Source: Delftia acidovorans NBRC 14950 (GTDB taxonomy: Bacteria; Pseudomonadota; Gammaproteobacteria; Burkholderiales; Burkholderiaceae_C). From it: a DNA stretch of 32,000 nucleotides. Positions 25,673 to 32,000 of this stretch are shown in pieces. Location of the stretch: assembly GCF_001598795.1 (NCBI RefSeq), contig NZ_BCZP01000036.1, positions 1-32,000 on the forward strand, written 5' to 3'. A program made the translations under genes and the position numbers. Each line of letters starts with the position of its first letter. Position 1 is the first letter of the stretch. A model generated the notes under the pieces. It worked only from the letters and a program-made list of their open reading frames with translations. It was not told the DNA's origin and did not search any database.

Positions 25673-28600
25673 GCGGGCCCAAACACAAGGCGCCGCAGGG
25701 CGGGCACTTCAATCTTTCGCGCTGGGCGCTGGACCATGTGGCGCTGACGCGCTATTTCATCGTCGTGCTGCTCCTGCTGGGCTTTGCCTCGTACTTCCAG
25801 CTGGGGCAGGACGAGGACCCGCCCTTCACCTTCCGCGCCATGGTCGTGCGCACCAACTGGCCCGGCGCCACGGCGCAGCAGATGGCCGAGCAGGTCACCG
25901 ACAAGATCGAGCGCACGCTGCAGGAGGTGCCCTACGCCGACAAGATCAGCAGCTACTCCAAGCCCGGCGAGTCGATGATCATCTTCCAGCTCAAGGACAA
26001 CTCGCGCCCCGGCGATGTCCAGCAGCTGTGGTACACGGTGCGCAAGAAGATTGGCGACATGCGCTACACCCTGCCGCAGGGCGTGCAGGGGCCGTTCTTC
26101 AATGACGAGTTCGGCGATGTCTATGGCGTGATCTACGCCCTGCAGGCCGACGGCTTCAGCTACGCCGAGCTCAAGACCATGGCCGACGACGTGCGCCAGC
26201 GCCTGCTGCGCGTGCCCGACGTGGCGAAGGTCGAGCTGTTCGGCGTGCAGGACGAGAAGGTCTACATCGAGCTGTCGCAGCGCCGCCTGTCGCAGCTGGG
26301 CCTGGACATGAACCAGGTGCTCGGCCAGCTGGGCCAGCAAAACGCCATCGAAGGCGCAGGCGTGCTGCAGACTCCGCGCGAGGACGTGCAGGTGCGCGTG
26401 GCCGGCCAGTTCCTGGCGGTGGATGAGCTGCGCGCCATGCCCATCCGCGGCGCATCGGGCGCGCAGCTGCGCCTGGGCGATATCGCCGAGATCCGCCGCG
26501 GCTATGCCGATCCGGCCAATGTGAAGGTGCGCCACCAGGGCCGCGAGACGATTGCCCTGGGCGTGTCCATGACCAAGGGCGGCGACATCATCCGCCTGGG
26601 CAAATCCCTGCGCGGCGCCGTGGGCGACATCGCACGCACGCTGCCGGCCGGCGTGGAGCTGGCCAACATGCAGGACCAGCCCAAGGCCGTGGCCGATTCG
26701 GTCAACGAGTTCCTGCAGGTGCTGATCGAGGCCGTGGTGGTGGTGCTGGCCGTGAGCTTCATCAGCCTGGGCCTGCACAAGCGCGAGGGCCACCAGCCGC
26801 TGTGGAAGCGCTGGTACATCGATCCGCGCCCGGGCCTGGTGGTGGCCATCACCATTCCGCTGGTGCTGGCCGCGACCTTCCTGGCCATGTGGTACTGGAA
26901 CATCGGCCTGCACAAGGTGTCGCTGGGCTCGCTGATCATCGCGCTGGGCCTGCTGGTGGACGACGCCATCATTGCCGTCGAGATGATGGTGCGCAAGATG
27001 GAGGAGGGCTACGAGAAGTACCGCGCCGCCACCTTCGCCTACGAGATCACGGCCAAGCCCATGCTGACCGGCACGCTGATCACGGCGGCGGGCTTCCTGC
27101 CCATCGGCATGGCCAAGTCCATGACGGGCGAGTACACCTTCGCCATCTTCGCGGTGACGGTGATTGCGCTGGTGCTCAGCTGGTTCGCCTCGGTGTACTT
27201 CGTGCCCTACCTGGGCATGCTGCTGCTCAAGCGCCCGCCGCACGCGGCCACGCTGCCGCCCGAGGTGGCCTCGGGCGAGGTGCCCATCGAGGAGACCAAC
27301 CTCAATGCCTCGTCGGCCGAGCATGAAGTCTTCGACAGCCCGTTCTACAACCGCTTCCGGCGCGCCGTGAACTGGTGCGTGACGCACCGCTGGCTGACCA
27401 TCGCCATCACGGTGCTGGTCTTCGCGCTGGGCCTGGTGGGCATGTCGCGCGTGCAGCAGCAGTTCTTCCCGGATTCCAGCCGGCCCGAAGTGCTGGTGGA
27501 CATCTGGTTCCCCGAGGGCACGTCGCTGGCCGCCAACGAAGCCGTCACGCGCCGCGTGGAAGAGCGCTTCATGCAGCTGGACGGCGTGCGCACGGTCAGC
27601 GAGTGGGTGGGCTCGGGCGTGCCGCGTTTCTACCTGCCGCTGGACCAGGTGTTCCCGCAGAACAACGTCTCGCAGTTCATCCTGGTCGCCCAGGACCTGC
27701 CCACGCGCGAGCGTCTGCGCAAATCGCTGCCGGCGCTGTTGGCCCAGGAGTTCCCCGAGGTGCGCGGCCGCGTCAAGCTGCTGCCCAACGGGCCTCCCGT
27801 GCCCTATCCGGTGCAGTTCCGCGTGTCCGGCACCGATCCGCAAAAGCTGCGTGCCTATGCCGACGAGGTCAAGCAGGTCATGATCGCCAACGCCGACATG
27901 CGCGGCGTCAACGACAACTGGAATGAGTCCGTCAAGGCCGTGCGCCTGGAGGTGGACCAGGACAAGGCGCGCGCCCTGGGCGTGAGCAGCCAGGCCATCG
28001 CCCAGGCGGCCCGCGTCATGCTCAGCGGCTCCACCGTGGGCCAGTTCCGCGAGGGTGACAAGCTCATCGACATCGTGCTGCGCACGCCGTATTCGGAGCG
28101 CGATGCCATCACCGACATCGCCAACGCCTACCTGCCCACGGCGTCGGGCAAGTCGATCCCGCTCACGCAGATCGCCAAGCCTGTGATGGTCTGGGAGCCC
28201 GGCGTGATGTGGCGAGAAAAGCGCATGTTCGCCATCACGGTGCAGGGCGATGTGCGCGAGGGCCTGCAGGGCGCAACGCTGACCCATGCGCTGCTGCCGG
28301 GCCTGCGCGAGATCGAGGCGCGCTGGCATGCCGCAGGCGACACGGCCTACCGCATCGATGTGGCGGGCGCCGTGGAGGAAAGCTCCAAGGGCTCTGACGC
28401 CATCGTCGCTGGTGTGCCCGTGATGCTGTTCCTCACCTTCACGCTGCTCATGCTGCAGTTGCGCAGTGTCAGCCGCTCACTGCTGGTGTTCATCACCGGG
28501 CCGCTGGGCATTCCCGGCGTGGCGGCGGCGCTGCTGCTGTTGGGCCGGCCCTTCGGCTTCGTGGCGCTGCTGGGCGTGGTGGCGCTGATGGGCATGATCC

Positions 28601-28884
28601 AGCGCAATTCGGTGATCCTGATCGACCAGATCGAGACCGATCGCGCGCGCGGCGTGCCGGCCTGGGACGCCATCATCGAAGCCGCCGTGCGCCGCCTGCG
28701 CCCCATCGTGCTGACGGCTGCCGCCGCCGTGCTGGCCATGATCCCGCTGTCGCGCAGCGTGTTCTGGGGCCCCATGGCCGTGGCCATCATGGGCGGGCTG
28801 ATCGTGGCCACGGTGCTGACACTGCTGGCGCTGCCGGCCATGTACGCCGCCGTGTTCCGCGTGCGCCGCGAGCCCACGCATTGA
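25669..28884 (+). CDS. RND efflux transporter permease (AcrB/HAE1-like, 1071 aa)
   Basis: ATGA overlap with the adaptor gene. 12-TM architecture with two large loops. LGLLVDDAIIAVE and VALMGMIQRNSVILID motifs. Confidence 0.9.
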   Translation: MSGPKHKAPQGGHFNLSRWALDHVALTRYFIVVLLLLGFASYFQLGQDEDPPFTFRAMVVRTNWPGATAQQMAEQVTDKIERTLQEVPYADKISSYSKPGESMIIFQLKDNSRPGDVQQLWYTVRKKIGDMRYTLPQGVQGPFFNDEFGDVYGVIYALQADGFSYAELKTMADDVRQRLLRVPDVAKVELFGVQDEKVYIELSQRRLSQLGLDMNQVLGQLGQQNAIEGAGVLQTPREDVQVRVAGQFLAVDELRAMPIRGASGAQLRLGDIAEIRRGYADPANVKVRHQGRETIALGVSMTKGGDIIRLGKSLRGAVGDIARTLPAGVELANMQDQPKAVADSVNEFLQVLIEAVVVVLAVSFISLGLHKREGHQPLWKRWYIDPRPGLVVAITIPLVLAATFLAMWYWNIGLHKVSLGSLIIALGLLVDDAIIAVEMMVRKMEEGYEKYRAATFAYEITAKPMLTGTLITAAGFLPIGMAKSMTGEYTFAIFAVTVIALVLSWFASVYFVPYLGMLLLKRPPHAATLPPEVASGEVPIEETNLNASSAEHEVFDSPFYNRFRRAVNWCVTHRWLTIAITVLVFALGLVGMSRVQQQFFPDSSRPEVLVDIWFPEGTSLAANEAVTRRVEERFMQLDGVRTVSEWVGSGVPRFYLPLDQVFPQNNVSQFILVAQDLPTRERLRKSLPALLAQEFPEVRGRVKLLPNGPPVPYPVQFRVSGTDPQKLRAYADEVKQVMIANADMRGVNDNWNESVKAVRLEVDQDKARALGVSSQAIAQAARVMLSGSTVGQFREGDKLIDIVLRTPYSERDAITDIANAYLPTASGKSIPLTQIAKPVMVWEPGVMWREKRMFAITVQGDVREGLQGATLTHALLPGLREIEARWHAAGDTAYRIDVAGAVEESSKGSDAIVAGVPVMLFLTFTLLMLQLRSVSRSLLVFITGPLGIPGVAAALLLLGRPFGFVALLGVVALMGMIQRNSVILIDQIETDRARGVPAWDAIIEAAVRRLRPIVLTAAAAVLAMIPLSRSVFWGPMAVAIMGGLIVATVLTLLALPAMYAAVFRVRREPTH

Positions 28885-28970
28885 TGCGGCGAAAACGCAG
28901 AGGCCGCCGCTCAAATCCGGGGTATGGCAATGCACCCCGCAATTGCGGCTAGAATCTGCGCCCTGACCTA

Positions 28971-28993
28971 GGAGCCGCCGCGCAGGCGGCTCC
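28971..28993 (+). other. Perfect 9-bp-stem hairpin GGAGCCGCC-gcgca-GGCGGCTCC, 11 nt upstream of the tRNA
   Basis: Read directly. No T-run. May terminate or insulate the RND operon, or be part of the tRNA leader. Confidence 0.4.
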
Positions 28994-29004
28994 CCCAAGA
29001 ACCA

Positions 29005-29091
29005 GCGCGGGTGGCGAAATTGGTAGACGCACCAGGTTTAGGTCCTGACGCCAGCAATGGTGTGGGGGTTCGAGTCCCCCCCCGCGCACCA
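29005..29091 (+). tRNA. tRNA-Leu, anticodon UAG (87 nt, long variable arm, encoded CCA)
   Basis: Acceptor GCGCGGG/CCCGCGC. D-arm GCG-AAATTGGTAGA-CGC. Anticodon loop TTTAGGT. Variable arm CGCCAGCAATGGTGTG. T-arm GGGGG-TTCGAGT-CCCCC. Closely parallels E. coli tRNA-Leu(UAG). Confidence 0.9.
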
Positions 29092-29130
29092 CAATAGAGA
29101 AAAGGCAAAGTACGCCTAATCTCACTTAAA

Positions 29131-29162
29131 CCCGTTTTCTTCGACGAAAACGGGTTTTTTTT
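29131..29162 (+). terminator. Rho-independent terminator after the tRNA
   Basis: CCCGTTTTC-ttcgac-GAAAACGGG followed by T8. Confidence 0.7.
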
Positions 29163-29262
29163 CGCCTCTGCATGTCACGGACGTGGGGGTAACAGGTGTG
29201 TGGATGTGATGCCGCTATGCCACAGCAACGTTCTTGGAAGGCTTGTAGCGAGATAAATGAAA

Positions 29263-29282
29263 ATATCACCTGAGCATGATAT
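29263..29282. promoter_or_regulatory. Candidate HipB operator 1: ATATCA-N8-TGATAT
   Basis: Perfect 6-bp arms with an 8-bp spacer, the same geometry as the E. coli hipBA operator TATCC-N8-GGATA. Lies upstream of hipB. Confidence 0.45.
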
Positions 29283-29290
29283 ATTTGCAA

Positions 29291-29308
29291 TATTATCTTG
29301 AGGTAATA
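29291..29308. promoter_or_regulatory. Candidate HipB operator 2: TATTATC-TTGA-GGTAATA
   Basis: 6 of 7 complementary arms. Shares the central ATC-TTGAG core with operator 3. Confidence 0.35.
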
Positions 29309-29318
29309 ATTTGAATTA

Positions 29319-29334
29319 ATCATCTTGAGATGAT
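29319..29334. promoter_or_regulatory. Candidate HipB operator 3: ATCATC-TTGA-GATGAT
   Basis: Perfect 6-bp arms, 30 nt upstream of the hipB ATG. Confidence 0.45.
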
Positions 29335-29363
29335 ATTTTGAATGCCCTGGCCAGGAGAACACC

Positions 29364-29765
29364 ATGGACCACCTGTTGCAACTGCCCGATCAGCTTGCGC
29401 TGCACCTGAAGTCGCTGCGCAAGGCCGCTGGCGTGAGCCAGGCCCAACTGGCGCAGCGGCTGGGCGTGTCCCAGTCGCGTGTGGCGGCGATAGAGCGTGA
29501 CCCGGCCGCCATCAGCGTGCGCCAGCTGATGGAGATCCTGCAGCTGCTGGATGCCGATCTGCTCATGCGGCCCAGGGCGGATGCGGTGGCTTCTCCTGCG
29601 CCTGCACCTGTGCCTGTGCCTGCTGCGTTGAAGGTGGCCGAGCCCGCTCCACAACCGTACGCGGGTGACAACGTGCCCCGCAAGCCCGCCGAGCGCCCCG
29701 TGGCCTTCAAGCCGCAGGCGCTGCCGCCGCACTGGCAGGACCGCAAGCCGAAAGGGTCCTGGTGA
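29364..29765 (+). CDS. hipB: HipB-type XRE-family antitoxin with a long Pro/Ala-rich C-terminal extension (133 aa)
   Basis: GGAGAA RBS. HTH LRKAAGVSQAQLAQRLGVSQSRVAAIE. Tail APAPVPVPA...ends KGSW. Overlaps the hipA start. Confidence 0.8.
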   Translation: MDHLLQLPDQLALHLKSLRKAAGVSQAQLAQRLGVSQSRVAAIERDPAAISVRQLMEILQLLDADLLMRPRADAVASPAPAPVPVPAALKVAEPAPQPYAGDNVPRKPAERPVAFKPQALPPHWQDRKPKGSW

Positions 29766-31072
29766 TGGCGGCGTTGGGCGTCTGGATGAATGGGGAGCGG
29801 GTGGGCACCTGGGAGGTCACGCGCACGGGCCGCCATGTGTTCGCCTATGACCCGGCCTGGCCGCAGAGCGCGCATGCGCGGCCGCTGTCGCTGTCCATGC
29901 CCTTCACGCGCGACCTGACGGTGGCGGGCGAGGTGGTGGCCCACTATTTCGACAACCTGCTGCCGGACGGCGAGGGCATTCGCCGGCGCATTCACCAGCG
30001 CTTCGGGCTGCGCGGGATCGATGCGTTTTCGCTGCTGGAAGCCATTGGCCGCGATTGCGTGGGGGCCGTGCAGCTGCTGCCCGAGGGTGCCGTGCCCGAC
30101 GGTTTTGACCAGGTGCGCTTCGAGCCGCTGAGCGAGGCGCAGATTGCCGAGCACCTGGCCAGCCTGGGCGCCGGGTTTGGTGCGCTGGAGGTGGAGCAGG
30201 AGTTCCGGCTGTCCATTGCCGGTGCGCAGGAGAAGACGGCGGTGCTGCGCCATGGCGGCCAGTGGTGCCGCCCGCTGGGCGCGACGCCGACCACGCATAT
30301 CTTGAAGCCGGCCATCGGCGTGGTGCCGCACTGGCACTACGACCTGAGCGAGTCAGTGGCCAATGAGTGGCTGTGTGCCCGGCTGCTGGCCGAGCTGGGC
30401 TTTGCCGTGGCCGACAGCAGCATCGAGACCTTCGGCGGGCAGCAGGTGCTGTGCGTGGAGCGCTTTGACCGCGCCTGGATGGCGCAGGGCTGGATTGCGC
30501 GCCTGCCCCAGGAAGATTTCTGCCAGGTGCGCGGCGTTGCCAGCGCCAACAAGTACGAGACCCACGGCGGGCCCGGCATGCTGCAGTGCCTGCAGGTGCT
30601 GCAGCATGGCAGCGAGCCTGCCCAGGATTGCGCCCGCTTCGTGATGGCCCAGCTGGCGTTCTGGCTGCTGGCGGCCACGGACGGGCATGCCAAGAATTTC
30701 TCGGTGTTCCTGCAGCCGGGCGGCCGCTATGAGATGACACCGCTGTACGACGTGCTGTCGGCCTGGCCCATCATCGGCCATGGCCAAGGCAAGATTGCCC
30801 GCCAGCGCGCCAGGATGGCCATGGCCCTGCCGGGGCGCAGCCGCCACTACCGCCTGGCCGAGATCCAGCGCCGCCACTGGAAGGCCCTGGCCGAGACCAC
30901 GCGCATCGCAGGCCTGTGGGAGAGCATGGTGGAGATGGTCGAGGCGCTGGACGGCGCCATCGACCGGCTGCAGCCGCGCCTGCCGGCCAGCGTGCCGCAG
31001 CCTATGGCCCGGCAGATCTTCGACGGGGCGCGCGACCAGGCACGGCGCTTTCTGCTTAGGGGTGATCACTGA
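29765..31072 (+). CDS. hipA: HipA-family serine/threonine kinase toxin
   Basis: FRLSIAGAQEKTAVL (autophosphorylation Ser loop), ATDGHAKNFSVF catalytic loop, PLYDVLS. ATG 29765 (TGATG overlap) or GTG 29762 (GTGA overlap). Confidence 0.9.
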   Translation: MAALGVWMNGERVGTWEVTRTGRHVFAYDPAWPQSAHARPLSLSMPFTRDLTVAGEVVAHYFDNLLPDGEGIRRRIHQRFGLRGIDAFSLLEAIGRDCVGAVQLLPEGAVPDGFDQVRFEPLSEAQIAEHLASLGAGFGALEVEQEFRLSIAGAQEKTAVLRHGGQWCRPLGATPTTHILKPAIGVVPHWHYDLSESVANEWLCARLLAELGFAVADSSIETFGGQQVLCVERFDRAWMAQGWIARLPQEDFCQVRGVASANKYETHGGPGMLQCLQVLQHGSEPAQDCARFVMAQLAFWLLAATDGHAKNFSVFLQPGGRYEMTPLYDVLSAWPIIGHGQGKIARQRARMAMALPGRSRHYRLAEIQRRHWKALAETTRIAGLWESMVEMVEALDGAIDRLQPRLPASVPQPMARQIFDGARDQARRFLLRGDH

Positions 31073-31371
31073 GCCATATGGGCGGCTGGCTCAGTGTCGC
31101 GATGTTGCTGTGCATCGAATTCTGACAATGGCATGGCTGCCATCTGTCGTGCGACTTCCCGGCGCTTGATGTGTGTGCTTATCGGAAGTATCACAGACGG
31201 ATTGGGGATGGCGCTGGGAGAGATAGTGCGGTTGATCTCCGTCACTGCTGAAAATACGTGGCCACATTCGAAGTTGCGGCACTGGAATATGGTTTCCCGG
31301 CTGGTGTTGGTCAATTGCAAGCTGGTGCGTGTGTACGCGTGTTCATTGCAGTGTGGGCACATCATTCGCAT
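31066..31371 (-). CDS. ogr: Ogr/Delta-family zinc-finger late-gene transcriptional activator (P2/P4-like)
   Basis: Exact C-X2-C-X22-C-X4-C spacing (C5, C8, C31, C36). MMCPHCNEHAYTRTS...QCRNFECGHVF resembles P2 Ogr. Confidence 0.85.
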   Translation of the reverse strand: MRMMCPHCNEHAYTRTSLQLTNTSRETIFQCRNFECGHVFSAVTEINRTISPSAIPNPSVILPISTHIKRREVARQMAAMPLSEFDAQQHRDTEPAAHMAQ

Positions 31372-31415
31372 GGGTCATGTTCCTTTCGAGGCCAGTTGAC
31401 GGTATGAGCGGCTGT

Positions 31416-31757
31416 TCAACAGCAGGGCTTATGGGATGCCAGGCTTCCTGGTCTTGGGGTGAGCACTTGCGTTGCACGCATGCGGGCGTAGCCGCCTATC
31501 CAGGCGTCCAGCGTGATGCCCATGCTTTCGAGGCCCTTTGGACATTGCTTTTCACCATCGATGGCAATCTGTTGGGCAACGCGGTAGGGCATGTCATGCA
31601 AGGCCTCCTGGATGAACTCGGCGACCCAAGGCGGTCCGTAGTTTTCCAGCACGTAGGCATCCAGGTACTCGGCGAGATACTGCTCGTGGCCTTCGCTGCT
31701 GGCATGGCTGGATGCCGCCGTGTGGGCCCAGCAGGCTGTAGACGCGTTTGCTTTCAT
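31416..31757 (-). CDS. Hypothetical protein (113 aa) upstream of ogr, phage-associated by context
   Basis: Open frame with ATG 31757 (a TTG at 31781 is possible). No motif recognised. No strong SD. Confidence 0.4.
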   Translation of the reverse strand: MKANASTACWAHTAASSHASSEGHEQYLAEYLDAYVLENYGPPWVAEFIQEALHDMPYRVAQQIAIDGEKQCPKGLESMGITLDAWIGGYARMRATQVLTPRPGSLASHKPCC

Positions 31758-31857
31758 GGCTGTCTGCAATCGATGTGGCAAGGCGAGGTGGGTGTGCGTG
31801 GTTGCTGGAACCGATGTCTTGAATATACCTTAAGGTTCTGTTTTTGATGGTTCTTTA

Positions 31858-31887
31858 GGTATTGTCCTTTGGGTATTTATGGGTATT
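31858..31887. repeat. Three direct GGTATT(G/T)T repeats at 14- and 10-bp spacing in an AT-rich promoter-like region
   Basis: GGTATT at 31858, 31872 and 31882. A GGTTCT pair also sits at 31834 and 31849. Confidence 0.5.
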
Positions 31888-31893
31888 GTTGAC

Positions 31894-31920
31894 AAAAAAA
31901 GCCACCCCTGAGGGTGGCTT
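31894..31920 (-). terminator. Rho-independent terminator for the minus-strand gene at the right edge
   Basis: Minus strand reads AAGCCACCC-tcag-GGGTGGCTT followed by a T-run. Confidence 0.65.
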
Positions 31921-31938
31921 GGTAGTCTTCTGTGCGGG

Positions 31939-32000
31939 TTAGTAGACTTTGCTTTCCCAGGCGCGCAGCACCTTGGCCAGGATCTGAAGGTTCATGCCGG
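31939..32000 (-). CDS. 3' end of a minus-strand CDS entering from the right edge (unknown, probably a phage late gene)
   Basis: Only about 20 codons visible (...GMNLQILAKVLRAWESKVY, stop TAA). Followed by the terminator. Confidence 0.35.
   Translation of the reverse strand, partial: GMNLQILAKVLRAWESKVY

Larger units (their letters stand above)
29092..32000. mobile_element. tRNA-Leu-adjacent genomic island: arm of a P2-like prophage or satellite with hipBA cargo (continues beyond the window)
   Basis: Abrupt AT-rich intergenic composition right after the tRNA. TA module. Ogr/Delta late activator. Phage-style terminator. No integrase in view. Confidence 0.55.

Noticed and set aside
25570-28329. 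919-aa minus-strand ORF
   Set aside because: Antisense to the RND pump gene. Same high-GC artefact composition.
24437-28884. RND pump as the hopanoid transporter HpnN
   Set aside because: It is a 1071-aa AcrB-like pump with a dedicated periplasmic adaptor. HpnN-type transporters are shorter and work without an adaptor gene. Adjacency to hpnC alone is insufficient.
29126-29365. 79-aa minus-strand ORF in the AT-rich region upstream of hipB
   Set aside because: It runs through the tRNA terminator and all three operator dyads. It has no RBS, and the product is low-complexity (Ile/Tyr/Lys then Arg/Lys-rich). It is better explained as hipBA promoter/operator DNA.
29390-31069. Minus-strand ORFs 29390..30337, 29904..30740 and 30353..31069
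   Set aside because: Antisense to hipB and hipA, which have unmistakable family motifs.
31329-31847. 172-aa plus-strand ORF
   Set aside because: It overlaps the ogr start and lies antisense to the 113-aa ORF. It has no RBS and the orientation is inconsistent with flanking terminators. The choice between it and the minus-strand ORF is not certain.

Overview
High-GC betaproteobacterial chromosome; the two Bug-family binding proteins and the 3HB-oligomer hydrolase suggest Comamonadaceae, which is an inference. Nearly all of the window is accounted for by recognisable genes.

Gene content, left to right:
- A low-GC 3' gene fragment, then a short single-domain MetE-like methionine synthase.
- A five-gene HAAT/Liv-type ABC importer, a lipoprotein 3-hydroxybutyrate-oligomer hydrolase and an alpha/beta hydrolase.
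- A sulfur-trafficking neighbourhood: a DedA-rhodanese fusion facing an operon of periplasmic rhodanese, YeeE and a 57-codon miniprotein.
- hemH, a HAD hydrolase and a DUF2189/DUF2788 membrane-protein pair.
- A GntR-regulated operon (CMD-family protein, beta-hydroxyacid dehydrogenase, Bug binding protein) and a second Bug binding protein.
- The squalene operon hpnC-hpnD-hpnE, divergent from a two-gene RND efflux pair (adaptor plus pump, no outer-membrane factor).
- tRNA-Leu(UAG).

Immediately after the tRNA the composition turns AT-rich and the content becomes accessory. It holds a hipBA toxin-antitoxin module with three palindromic operators and an unusually long HipB. This converges on an Ogr/Delta zinc-finger late activator, a 113-aa unknown ORF and a terminated gene end, which looks like the arm of a P2-like prophage or satellite running off the right edge.

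I found no CRISPR array, rRNA, transposase or integrase. The most interesting candidates are:
- the hipBA cargo at the tRNA/prophage junction;
- the YeeE cluster, which lacks a TusA/YeeD partner and carries an extra miniprotein;
- the possible MesD/MesX-type folate-independent methionine synthase pair at the left edge.

None of these is demonstrably a new system from sequence alone. All product calls come from motif and family recognition by eye, not from database searches.
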